Shown: piece by piece, positions 17,968 to 26,692 of the stretch | How positions within the stretch are numbered: position 1 is the stretch's first letter | Layout: every line of letters begins with the position of its first letter | NCBI GenBank assembly: GCA_035283985.1 | Contig: DATESQ010000059.1 | Location: 1 to 54,057 of the forward strand | Reading direction: 5' to 3' | From: Thermoplasmata archaeon | GTDB taxonomy: Archaea > Thermoplasmatota > Thermoplasmata > RBG-16-68-12 | DNA: 54,057 nt | Translations under genes and position numbers: made by a program | The notes under the pieces: model-generated | Told to the model about the DNA's origin: nothing | The model's input: the letters and a program-made list of their open reading frames with translations, nothing else | Databases searched by the model: none

Positions 17968-18309
17968 CTACGAGAGGTGAGAGAGCACACGCTTCTCAAA
18001 TGGCCCTCTCGGCATCGCACCGATGACCTGGTCAACGAGCTTCCCGTCTTTGAAGAAGAGGATCGTCGGGATGCCCATCACGCCGTACTCCTGGAACTTC
18101 CGCTGGTTCTCGTCGCTGTTCACTTTCGCGAACACAACCTTGCCCGCGTACTTCCCCGAGAGTTCCTCGATCGTGGGCTCGATCGCCCTGCAGGGCGCAC
18201 ACCAGTCCGCCCAGAAATCGACGATAACGTACGGGTTCTCCCGGACAACTCGATCAAAGTCGTCGTCCGTGATGTGAATCGGCCGATCTTGCAACATGTC
18301 GTCTTTCAC
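17968..18309 (-). CDS. trxA: Thioredoxin
   Basis: WADWCAPCR active site and a typical length of 113 aa. GTG start. TATA CTTTATATCA lies about 30 nt upstream. Confidence 0.92.
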   Translation of the reverse strand: MKDDMLQDRPIHITDDDFDRVVRENPYVIVDFWADWCAPCRAIEPTIEELSGKYAGKVVFAKVNSDENQRKFQEYGVMGIPTILFFKDGKLVDQVIGAMPRGPFEKRVLSHLS

Positions 18310-18593
18310 CTTGCGCAGCGCTCGATACCTGCCGGTTTGATATAAAGTTGACCTCTATTCGTGCGTATACAAATGGCCCGACTCGCAGCGCCCGAGAATC
18401 ACCGACGATCATCTCCCACCGGACGCCGCCCGCGGGCCTGGACCGGGCCACGCGCCCAGTAGAAACCTTCGTGCCGCTCGTTCGGATTTCTGTACCTCTT
18501 GACTGCGGTGAAGTCTACGGTGACGAAGATCGCATTCTCAAAATGGGAAAACCACGTCGGCGTCGGACCGGGTTTCGTGATTGCGAGGATGTC

Positions 18594-18710
18594 CACGTCG
18601 CTGCCGACCGCTTCCACCGTCCCCGCGAAGTCGACTCCCAATCTGTTGCTTCTTGGTTTGAGTAGCCCGATAAACATGCGTGCGAAGTACGGCGTGCCGG
18701 TCAGGGCGTC
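18594..18710 (-). pseudogene. Internal fragment of an MDR-family (zinc-type/quinone) oxidoreductase
   Basis: DALTGTPYFARMFIGLLKPRSNRLGVDFAGTVEAVGSDV aligns with [29 protein letters not shown] of the intact paralog. Similarity is lost on both sides, and there is no room for the remaining roughly 250 aa before trxA. Confidence 0.6.
18693..18709. repeat. Direct repeat copy 1 (cgtgccGgtcagggcgt)
   Basis: 16/17 identical to 19841-19857. Read directly. Confidence 0.8.
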
Positions 18711-18787
18711 GAAAGCCTTATCGGCCGGCCTAGAGTCAGCGCCCCGATGCCTCTCGGGACGAACCTGTGGAAGGGACGGGTGCACGA

Positions 18788-19732
18788 GTGAAAGCAGCCG
18801 TGTTCACACGATACGGACCACCAGACGTTCTTCAGCTGAAGGAGGTGGAGAAACCTACTCCCAAGGACGATCAGCTACTGATCAGGGTATTCTCGACCAC
18901 CGTAACCTCCGGGGACGTGCGCGTACGAAAGGCGGACCCCTTCATTGTAAGGTTTTTCATGGGTCTCACAAGACCCAAAAAGCCCATACTTGGGTCTGAC
19001 CTCGCCGGAGAAGTAGAAGCCGTGGGAAAGGATGTCAAACGATTCAAGGTGGGCGACAAAGTCTTCGGGGGGGGTCCAAGCACGTATGCGGAGTACACAT
19101 GTGTGCTTGAAGGGGGTCCGCGCGCATTGAAGCCGGCGAACCTGACCTTCGAGGAAGCCGCCGCCATTCCCTGGGGAGGGGGATGTTCGCTGTACTTCCT
19201 TCGAAAAGGGAATATTCGGAGGGGACAACGCGTTCTCATCTATGGGGCCTCCGGATCGTTGGGGACTGCGGCCGTCCAGCTTGCCAAGTATTTCGGGGCG
19301 GACGTCACCGGGGTATGCAGCACCGCGAATCTGGAATTGGTGAAGTCGCTGGGGGCGGACAAGGTCATCGACTACACGAAGGAGGACTTCACCAGCCCCG
19401 CGACGTACGATCTCGTTTACCACACGGTAGGCAAGATTTCGTTCCGAGCGAGCATGAAATCGCTCAAGAAAGGGGGAGTCTATGTCAGCGCTCTCATGCT
19501 GGCACCGATCTTCAAACGGCTATGGGCCTTGATGGCCGGCCGCAAGAAAGTGATCGGTGGGATATGCAAAGTGAAAGCGGAAGACATGGTCTTCCTCAAA
19601 GAGCTCGTCGAGTCGAGGCATTTGCGACCGGTCATCGATCGACGTTATCCGCTGGAGCAGATTGCCGAGGCTCATAGGTATGTCGAACGAGGACACAAAA
19701 AGGGAAATGTGGTCATAACCATGAGGACATGA
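18788..19732 (+). CDS. qor: NADPH:quinone oxidoreductase / MDR-family zinc-type dehydrogenase, intact
   Basis: [25 protein letters not shown]..., a GASGSLG Rossmann motif and the C-terminal [18 protein letters not shown] at 18788 lies inside track ORF 18767..19732. Confidence 0.85.
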   Translation: MKAAVFTRYGPPDVLQLKEVEKPTPKDDQLLIRVFSTTVTSGDVRVRKADPFIVRFFMGLTRPKKPILGSDLAGEVEAVGKDVKRFKVGDKVFGGGPSTYAEYTCVLEGGPRALKPANLTFEEAAAIPWGGGCSLYFLRKGNIRRGQRVLIYGASGSLGTAAVQLAKYFGADVTGVCSTANLELVKSLGADKVIDYTKEDFTSPATYDLVYHTVGKISFRASMKSLKKGGVYVSALMLAPIFKRLWALMAGRKKVIGGICKVKAEDMVFLKELVESRHLRPVIDRRYPLEQIAEAHRYVERGHKKGNVVITMRT

Positions 19733-19828
19733 TCACGCGGATTCTTGGAACCTATGAGGGGGATTTGAAGCGGTCGAGTGGACCGCAGAAAGCCCTTATC
19801 CGGTCGCCCGGATACGCGCGCCGTGCCG

Positions 19829-19990
19829 TCAACGTCTCGACGTGCCTGTCAGGGCGTACCAGTCCGCTTGGTTGATTGAAGCCGCGCGGACTCGCACCAG
19901 CACGCCATCGTCCATGAGGTCTGGCTTGTCGGTCTCCTGGAGCTCCAGAACATCGGGTGAGCCGTACGTGTTGCGAACGATCGCTTTCAT
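19829..19990 (-). pseudogene. N-terminal 53-codon fragment of an MDR-family oxidoreductase
   Basis: [50 protein letters not shown], then SRR and a stop. GGAG lies 8 nt before the ATG at 19990. It continues logically into the fragment at 18594-18710. Confidence 0.65.
19841..19857. repeat. Direct repeat copy 2 (cgtgccTgtcagggcgt)
   Basis: 16/17 identical to 18693-18709. Confidence 0.8.
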
Positions 19991-20281
19991 GGTATTCTCC
20001 TCAGTCGTCGCGGTTTGGTGGCAGGTAGCTGCGTGGTCTGGCCTGGCCAAGAACCGGCATCATGAGCGGCCCCACACGCGGCTTTCTGATAAACGCGCGG
20101 ATTGGCTTGAAGGCTCCCCGATGGACCAGAAGTTCGGCAATCTGCCTCCTGGTCAGGCGGATTTCCATGCGTATCCACGACCTCACCCGCTTCGCTCGGA
20201 CCGTTCCAAACCGTCTCAGCGAACTGGTCGGCCCGAGACAAGGAGCAGGGTCCGGCACACCGACCCCCTATCCAACCCCGG

Positions 20282-20332
20282 ATGCAACAGAAACTGCCAC
20301 TCGCAACACTTATATAGAAGTCCATACTTAGA
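20282..20332 (+). promoter_or_regulatory. Thermosome promoter module: ATGCAACAGAA-N17-TTATATAGAAG-N2-CAT-N-CTTAGA
   Basis: The same blocks with identical 17-nt spacing occur at 36591-36641. The TATA box ends 25 nt before the ATG at 20346. Confidence 0.6.
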
Positions 20333-20345
20333 CGAGCCGATTTCC

Positions 20346-22010
20346 ATGATGCAGGGACAGCCAGTGATCATTCTCAAGGAGGGGACGGAACGCACGCGGG
20401 GCAAGGGTGCCCATTCGAACAACATCGCAGCGGCGAAGGCCGTCGCAGACGCGGTCCGGTCAACCCTCGGCCCGAAGGGCATGGACAAGATGCTCGTCGA
20501 TTCGATGGGCGACGTGACAATCACCAACGACGGCGTGACGATTCTCAAGGAGATTGAGGTCGAACACCCAGCGGCGAAGATGATCGTAGAGGTCGCGAAG
20601 ACCCAGGACGACGAGGTCGGCGACGGAACGACGACCTCGGTAATCGTGGCGGGCGAACTCCTGAAGAAAGCGGAATCGTTGATCGACCAGAACGTTCACC
20701 CGACGATCATCGTGAACGGCTACAAAATCGCTGCCGCGAAGGCCGTCGAACTGCTCGACGATCTCGCTTTCGCAGTGAAGATCACGGACACGGAGCTACT
20801 GCGGGAAATCGCATCGACCGCGATGAGTGGTCGTAGCGTTGGGACCGCGCGCGATTTCCTCGCTGAGATCGCCGTGAACGCGGTCAAGGCGATCTCAGAG
20901 GAAATCGCGGGCAGCCGTGTCGCCGACGTCGACAACATCCTCGTCGTGAAGAAACACGGCGGAGCGCTCACGGACACCCAGCTCATCGACGGCATCATCC
21001 TCGACAAGGAGCGGGTCCACCCGCGAATGCCCTCGTTCGTGAAGAACGCAAAGATCGCGCTCTTGAATCGGGCGCTCGAGATCAAGAAGACGGAATTCTC
21101 GTCCGAGATCCGGATCCACGAAGCGAACAAGATGCAGGCCTTCCTTTCTCAGGAGGAGGCGACCCTGAAGGCCTATGTGGACGTCGTCAAGAAGGCGGGC
21201 GCGAACGTCGTGATCTGCCAGAAGGGGATCGACGACCTCGTCCAGCACTACCTCGCGAAGGAAGGGATCTACGGGGTCCGGCGGGCGAAGGAGAGCGACA
21301 TGAAGAAGCTCGCGAAGGCAACGGGCGGGCGGATCGTCGTCGACCTCAAGGACCTCGGCGCGAAGGACCTCGGCCATGCCGAGCTCGTCGAGGAGCGGAA
21401 GATCGGCGAGGACGACATGACGTTCATCACGGGCTGCAAGAACGCGAAGGCCGTTTCGATCCTCATCCGCGGAGGCACGGAGCACGTCGTAGACGAGGTC
21501 GAGCGGACCATTCACGACGCGCTGCGCGTCGTTTCCGCGGCGATCGAGGACGGGAAGGCTCTCGCCGGTGGAGGCGCCCCGGACATCGAACTCACACTGA
21601 GACTCAAGGACTTCGCGCCTACCGTCGGCGGTCGGGAGCAGCTCGCGGTTGAGGCGTTCGCCGAGGCGCTCGAAGTCGTCCCATGGACGCTCGCGGAGAA
21701 CGCGGGCCTCGACGCGATCGACCTCCTAATCGCGCTGCGCTCGGCGCACGAGGGTAAGAAGGGGAAGAATGTCGGAGTCGACCTCGAGAAGGGGAAGCCT
21801 TCCGACATGGTCAAGGCCCACGTGATCGAGCCGATGCGGGTGAAGCGCCAGGCGATCGAGTCTGCCACGGAGGTCGCGAACATGATCCTCCGGATCGACG
21901 ACGTGATCGCGGCGAAGAAGTTGAGCGGCAGGGACATGCCCGGCGGCGGCGAGGAAGGCCACGGCATGCCTGGCGGAATGCCTGGCGGAATGCCTGGCAT
22001 GGGAATGTAG
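20346..22010 (+). CDS. ths: Thermosome (group II chaperonin) subunit
   Basis: [53 protein letters not shown]..., GDGTTT, and a C-terminal [12 protein letters not shown] tail. The first 168 aa of track ORF 19842..22010 are a shadow extension. Confidence 0.95.
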   Translation: MMQGQPVIILKEGTERTRGKGAHSNNIAAAKAVADAVRSTLGPKGMDKMLVDSMGDVTITNDGVTILKEIEVEHPAAKMIVEVAKTQDDEVGDGTTTSVIVAGELLKKAESLIDQNVHPTIIVNGYKIAAAKAVELLDDLAFAVKITDTELLREIASTAMSGRSVGTARDFLAEIAVNAVKAISEEIAGSRVADVDNILVVKKHGGALTDTQLIDGIILDKERVHPRMPSFVKNAKIALLNRALEIKKTEFSSEIRIHEANKMQAFLSQEEATLKAYVDVVKKAGANVVICQKGIDDLVQHYLAKEGIYGVRRAKESDMKKLAKATGGRIVVDLKDLGAKDLGHAELVEERKIGEDDMTFITGCKNAKAVSILIRGGTEHVVDEVERTIHDALRVVSAAIEDGKALAGGGAPDIELTLRLKDFAPTVGGREQLAVEAFAEALEVVPWTLAENAGLDAIDLLIALRSAHEGKKGKNVGVDLEKGKPSDMVKAHVIEPMRVKRQAIESATEVANMILRIDDVIAAKKLSGRDMPGGGEEGHGMPGGMPGGMPGMGM

Positions 22011-22019
22011 GCGGTCCAC

Positions 22020-22484
22020 CTACTCCGGAACAATCGCCCCGAACTTGCCACGGCTCACTTCGAGCCCGAAATTCGTGCCCCGGACGAAGCAATCGAGACA
22101 CCGGACGAACGCTCCGACGCGAATCTGTCCCTTCTCCACAAGGTCGACATCGTCATCCCATAGCACGAGGCGACACGTCCCGCTCGCATCCATCAACGTC
22201 ACGTTCACGACGCGACCGCTCGAGCCGTCCTGGCGGGCGAACGTTCGCGTGGGCGTGATCGCGACGACCTCGCCGCGGACCGAGACCTCCGCGTTCTCCT
22301 CGATCTTCACGATTGGTGTCCATTCGGCGACGTCGATGCCGAGCCCCTCGAGGACGAGGAGGGCCGCCGCATCGGTGTCCAGGAGACCGCCCCATTCTCG
22401 GATTTTCTCCCGCACCTTCGCATCGAACTCGTCGCGGGACATCCGGTCCTGCACCTTCTCGTAGTGCCTCGGCGCCACATCCAT
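22020..22484 (-). CDS. OB-fold nucleic-acid-binding protein with an N-terminal helical domain
   Basis: RTFARQDGSSGRVVNVTLMDASGTCRLVLWDDDVDLVEKGQIRVGAFVRC is the same OB pattern as 11082..11375. Confidence 0.7.
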   Translation of the reverse strand: MDVAPRHYEKVQDRMSRDEFDAKVREKIREWGGLLDTDAAALLVLEGLGIDVAEWTPIVKIEENAEVSVRGEVVAITPTRTFARQDGSSGRVVNVTLMDASGTCRLVLWDDDVDLVEKGQIRVGAFVRCLDCFVRGTNFGLEVSRGKFGAIVPE

Positions 22485-22523
22485 CCAAATGAGAGGGCCG
22501 GGAATATGCTTGTCGTCGATCGC

Positions 22524-22823
22524 CTAGCGTTGCCGGACACGACGGTAGAGCAGGAGGACTCCCGCGGCGACAAGATACCAGACCACGAGATCGATGAAAA
22601 GAGCCCCGGGATTCCGGAATGGCGTGCCCGAGAGTAGTCCCCGAGCATCATTGCACTGACTGTAGTAGGCGAGGGGAAACCCCCTGTAAACTCCCCCTTC
22701 GATGCATAGCGCAAATTGAATCGGCCGAAGGAACACGTTCGTCACAGAGAATAGGGCGATGGCCAGCGCGAGATCGGGACTTAGCGTTTGAACGAGTCCC
22801 AAGAAAACATGGCCGTGCTCCAC
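22524..22823 (-). CDS. Small membrane protein (about 99 aa)
   Basis: C-terminal part of track ORF 22524..23282, downstream of aCPSF1. GTG at 22823. Hydrophobic segments LALAIALFSVTNVFL and ALFIDLVVWYLVAAGVLLLY. Confidence 0.45.
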   Translation of the reverse strand: MEHGHVFLGLVQTLSPDLALAIALFSVTNVFLRPIQFALCIEGGVYRGFPLAYYSQCNDARGLLSGTPFRNPGALFIDLVVWYLVAAGVLLLYRRVRQR

Positions 22824-22873
22824 ACGGTAGTTATTCCCGCCTTCGATAATACTTTGGAGTCCCTCGCAGCGAC

Positions 22874-24781
22874 CTACCTCAGGCGGATCGTCTCGAGGTT
22901 CATCGGCGCCCGTGTCTCGATGCCGAACTTCTTGTAGAGGCTCGAGGCGAGGTCGGAGCACTTGAACTCCTCGCCATGGTTCACGATCACGCGTTCCGGC
23001 CGCGGCTCCATCGTGCCGACGTAGTTCAGGAGCTGGAGTCGGTCCGAGTGACCGGAGAAGCCGTCGATCGTCTCGATGTCGAGCTTGATTTGGAGCGTGA
23101 GGGGGTTGCCCTTGTCGTTCAACGTGATCTCCCGCGCCTCCCGTTGGATCCGCCGGCCGAGAGAGCCTTCGGACTGGAACCCGACGAACAGGAGGGCGTG
23201 GAGCGGGTTGTCCGCCCAGCCTTTGAAGTACTCGAGCACGGGCCCGCCGGACATCATCCCGCTCGTCGCGAGGACGATGCACGGCTCCACGTCGTCGATG
23301 ATGTTCGCCCGCATGTCCGAGGTCTCGACCCGCTTGAACATTGGCGAGAGGAACGGGTTCTCACCGGTCTGGAAGATCTGCGTGCGGAGCTGGGAGTTCA
23401 GGTACTCCGGGTACGCCGTGTGAATCGCGGTCGCCTCCCAGATCATCCCGTCGAGGTACACCGGCGCCTCGGGAATCTGCCCCGTCCGCATCGCCTCCTC
23501 GAGAACGAGCATGACCTCCTGGGACCGCCCGACCGCGAAGACGGGCACGAGGACCTTCCCGCCGCGGCGGAGGACGCGGCCGAGTATCTCCTTGAACTGG
23601 GCCGCGGCGTCGTGACGGGACGGCTGCACGTCGTGGTACCCGCCGTACGTCGACTCGATGACGAGCGTCTCGAGCCGCGGGAACTTGTTCACCGCGGGGT
23701 TGAAGAGCCACGTCTTCTCGAACTTGATATCCCCGCTCAGAGCGACGTTGTAGAGCCCGTCGCCGATGTGGAAGTGCGCGGTCGCGGACCCGAGGATGTG
23801 GCCCGCGTTCTGGAACGTGAGCCGCACGTCCGGCGCGATGTCTGTCGTCTCGCCGTACTTCAGCGGGATCGTTCGCGCGACGCACTGACGGATGTTGCTC
23901 GAATCGTACGGCGGCTTCCGGGCCTCGCCCATTGCGACCTTGATAAAGTCGACTTGCAGGAGGGACATCGTGTCCCGGGTCGGCGGAGTCGCGTACACGG
24001 GCCCTTCATAGCCGTACTTGTAGAGGGCGGGCACCAAGCCACTGTGGTCGAGGTGCGCGTGCGTGATGACGACCGCGTCGATCGAGCTGAGGGGCATGAC
24101 CTCGGGCGCGTTCAGATACGGCGAGCCGTTGTCCTCAGAGATCAAGACCCCGCAGTCGACGAGAATCTTCGACTCCCGCGTGCTAAGGAGGGTCGCGGAC
24201 CGGCCGACCTGACGATAGCCTCCGAGGGCCGTGAGGCGGACCCAGTTCTCCCCGACGGGGACCTCACGGGCCAGGCGCCGACCGAGGGACTTGAGGAACT
24301 GTTGCCGGTCTTCCTGGATCGTCCGGAGGTACTGGCGGATGTCGTCTACGGTCTTCGAGGGGATCGGAGGGGTCCGGACGACCTTCGGGGCCCAGCCGAT
24401 CTTCTTCTTGATCTCGTTCAGGAGGGACCCGTGCTTCCCGATCACGAGCCCCGGGGAGAGGGCCTCGATCTGGACCTCGCCCGTCTCCTCCTCGAAGAAG
24501 ATGTTCGTGATCTGGGCTTCCTTCGGAATCAGCTCTCGAACCGCCGCCTCCGCGTCTTCCAGTTTCATGAGGATGGACGGATCCGGCCGCACCTGGATCC
24601 GGCGGCGGAGGTTCTGCGCGAGCTGGCGGACGATGTCGTTGCTCTCCGCGAAGGCCTCCATGTTCTTCGTGTAGATGACGATCACGGGGCCTTCGAAGTC
24701 GATCTGCGTGATGTCGACGTGGTCGGGAACGACCTTTTTGACGACGGCCTTCGCGTCTTCAAGAATGTCTTCGATGCTCAT
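22874..24781 (-). CDS. aCPSF1/FttA: KH-KH plus metallo-beta-lactamase/beta-CASP ribonuclease (archaeal transcription termination factor)
   Basis: N-terminal KH region, the THAHLDHSG motif and beta-CASP motifs. 635 aa, the typical archaeal architecture. Confidence 0.93.
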   Translation of the reverse strand: MSIEDILEDAKAVVKKVVPDHVDITQIDFEGPVIVIYTKNMEAFAESNDIVRQLAQNLRRRIQVRPDPSILMKLEDAEAAVRELIPKEAQITNIFFEEETGEVQIEALSPGLVIGKHGSLLNEIKKKIGWAPKVVRTPPIPSKTVDDIRQYLRTIQEDRQQFLKSLGRRLAREVPVGENWVRLTALGGYRQVGRSATLLSTRESKILVDCGVLISEDNGSPYLNAPEVMPLSSIDAVVITHAHLDHSGLVPALYKYGYEGPVYATPPTRDTMSLLQVDFIKVAMGEARKPPYDSSNIRQCVARTIPLKYGETTDIAPDVRLTFQNAGHILGSATAHFHIGDGLYNVALSGDIKFEKTWLFNPAVNKFPRLETLVIESTYGGYHDVQPSRHDAAAQFKEILGRVLRRGGKVLVPVFAVGRSQEVMLVLEEAMRTGQIPEAPVYLDGMIWEATAIHTAYPEYLNSQLRTQIFQTGENPFLSPMFKRVETSDMRANIIDDVEPCIVLATSGMMSGGPVLEYFKGWADNPLHALLFVGFQSEGSLGRRIQREAREITLNDKGNPLTLQIKLDIETIDGFSGHSDRLQLLNYVGTMEPRPERVIVNHGEEFKCSDLASSLYKKFGIETRAPMNLETIRLR

Positions 24782-24842
24782 CGTTGGTTCACTGGGCCTG
24801 CGCCCCGCAACGGGGCGGTTCAGGTCGACTGGAGTCGTGGGT

Positions 24843-25484
24843 TTATGTCAGCTTCATCGCCGCTTTTCGCTTCTCGATGTCCGCCTCGGAGAACTGGGTA
24901 TAGCCCTCCTTCGTGATCGAGACGCAGTCGATGCCCTCTCCGGACGCCATGTCCCGCTTCATCGCCGTGTGGACTCCCCGGATTCCGAGGTCGATCGCGG
25001 CGGCGATCGTGATGTCGTCACGGTAGTGGTCCTCGAGGACCCCATAGACATACGGGCTCCCAGAGCCCGTCGAAACGAACTTGTCGGGGATCGAGCCGCC
25101 CGCGAGATCGAGCGAGTAGAGGGAGCCGCCCTTCCGATCGATGCCGCCGATCAGGAGCTGGACGTAGTACGGGAAGAACCGACGGCCCGAGAGGATGTTC
25201 GCGGTAAGCGTCGCGCACGCCTCGACGGGCATCGGGGCGTTCCGCTTGAGCTTGTACAGCTCGACTTCCGCGGTGACGTACCGGGCGAGGACCTGGAGGT
25301 CCCCAACGAGGCCCGCGGTCGTGAGGCCGAGGTTATCGTCGAGCTTGTAGACTTTCTTCCCGCGCTTGTGGGCGATTAGCGTGCCGGCAGAAACCCGGCG
25401 GTCCGCCGCAAGCACGACGCCCTCCTTCGCGACGATCCCTATGGTCGTCGTGCCCGTATCCATCTCTCTGAGCATTTCTGGCAT
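24843..25484 (-). CDS. psmB: Proteasome beta subunit
   Basis: Propeptide, then TTTIGIVAKEGVVLAADRR. ATG at 25484 lies inside track ORF 24843..25664. TTAAATAT lies upstream and GGAG 8 nt before the ATG. Confidence 0.93.
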   Translation of the reverse strand: MPEMLREMDTGTTTIGIVAKEGVVLAADRRVSAGTLIAHKRGKKVYKLDDNLGLTTAGLVGDLQVLARYVTAEVELYKLKRNAPMPVEACATLTANILSGRRFFPYYVQLLIGGIDRKGGSLYSLDLAGGSIPDKFVSTGSGSPYVYGVLEDHYRDDITIAAAIDLGIRGVHTAMKRDMASGEGIDCVSITKEGYTQFSEADIEKRKAAMKLT

Positions 25485-25602
25485 GGTACTGCTCCTTTGA
25501 AAAGCGTCAAAAGGTGACAGGCGACAAAAAGAGGTGCTCATATTTAAGGGTTCGTCGTCGGTTCGCCCGCCCCGGGCTATGGAGGGAGAACCGGTTGGCG
25601 CA

Positions 25603-25866
25603 TCAAATCGCGGCCGGTTCCTCGCGTACGAGGTCGGAGATATCGACGGGCAACGACGCCTCATAGTACCGAACGACGCGGCCCTCGCTGGCCCAATACC
25701 AGAGGACGACGTGGACGAGGCCGGCGCGTTCGAGCAGCTCGAGGTAGTCCATGATCATTGCGCCGGGAAGATTGAGGATCCGGGCGAGCTCGCCCGACGT
25801 CTTTGGCGACGCGAGGGTCGTCAGGAGAATATCTCGCGCAGTGTCGTCCAAGTCGGCGCGAATCAT
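25603..25866 (-). CDS. Small ArsR-like wHTH regulator
   Basis: MIRADLDDTARDILLTTLASPKTSGELARILNLPGAMIMDYLELLERAGLV. The start is uncertain (a GTG at 25881 is also possible). The rest of track ORF 25603..26154 is Arg-rich shadow. Confidence 0.65.
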   Translation of the reverse strand: MIRADLDDTARDILLTTLASPKTSGELARILNLPGAMIMDYLELLERAGLVHVVLWYWASEGRVVRYYEASLPVDISDLVREEPAAI

Positions 25867-26181
25867 GGAGTCGAAGTGCACGTCTGCGTCGGGCGAGTAG
25901 AAATACTTTCGAACTGGGAATCGGAACTGATTTTCAGGAAACGTACTGCCCTTGACGTTCGCGACCCGCGTCCGCTGGCACTGGATCCAATCGACCGAAC
26001 TCAGCGGGGGTAGTAAACCACGACAGCCGCAATAACGACGACAACGGCCGCGGCCGCGACGTACAGCCACCGGCGGCTCTTCTTTTTCTTCCCCGCGAGG
26101 TTCAGGACCCCGAGGTCGTACGACATCGGCGCCCGAGTAGGGCCGTGCGCTCATAACCCTTTCGTTGTCGTGAACACGACA

Positions 26182-26688
26182 TTATGTCAGGGCCTGGAGC
26201 GCTTCGTCCACGACGGATCGTGGCTCGATGCGAAGCCGGTACGCGCCGACACCGGCCCCTGTGGCGGGGACGGGCCCCCGAAGATCGATTTCGACCGCGT
26301 TTCCCTTCGGGCGCGCGGCGGTGAGGTCGGGCGTCTCGAAGAGGACGAACTCCCGCCCGCCTTGGGCCGTGAAGAAGTGCTGGACCGCGGTGGAATGCAG
26401 GCTCAGGGAGATGTTGTAGAACGTGTACGGTTGCTTCCGCGGGAGACCCTTCGCTGCGAGGAAGACGACACGCCGATCTGTCCCGAGGAGCTCCCCGTGG
26501 GTCGGCGCGAGGAGAGGAATCGACCGAGGCTCCACGAGATCCATCGACGCTACGGCGGGGGCCTGGACGGCCACGGACTCGGAGGGGCCGGTGAGGAAGA
26601 GGCCCTCGTCATCGAGGAGGGAGAACCGCAGCGTCCGGAACCCGATGTCGTAGGCCCGCCCGCGCCCGTCGACGAATCCCACGAGCAT
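26182..26688 (-). CDS. Hypothetical beta-rich protein (168 aa), coupled to the aldo/keto reductase
   Basis: Ordinary composition. It starts 4 nt after the AKR stop. No family recognised. Confidence 0.6.
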   Translation of the reverse strand: MLVGFVDGRGRAYDIGFRTLRFSLLDDEGLFLTGPSESVAVQAPAVASMDLVEPRSIPLLAPTHGELLGTDRRVVFLAAKGLPRKQPYTFYNISLSLHSTAVQHFFTAQGGREFVLFETPDLTAARPKGNAVEIDLRGPVPATGAGVGAYRLRIEPRSVVDEALQALT

Positions 26689-26692
26689 GGTC

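Noticed and set aside
19842-20345. The 168-aa N-terminal extension of the thermosome ORF (track 19842..22010), and the small ORFs at 20001..20331.
   Set aside because: The extension is low-complexity and runs through the conserved TATA-box module. The thermosome N-terminus [13 protein letters not shown] at 20346 matches the paralog start. I could assign no protein-like signal to 20050-20280; it may be decayed sequence left by the rearrangement at 18.6-20 kb.
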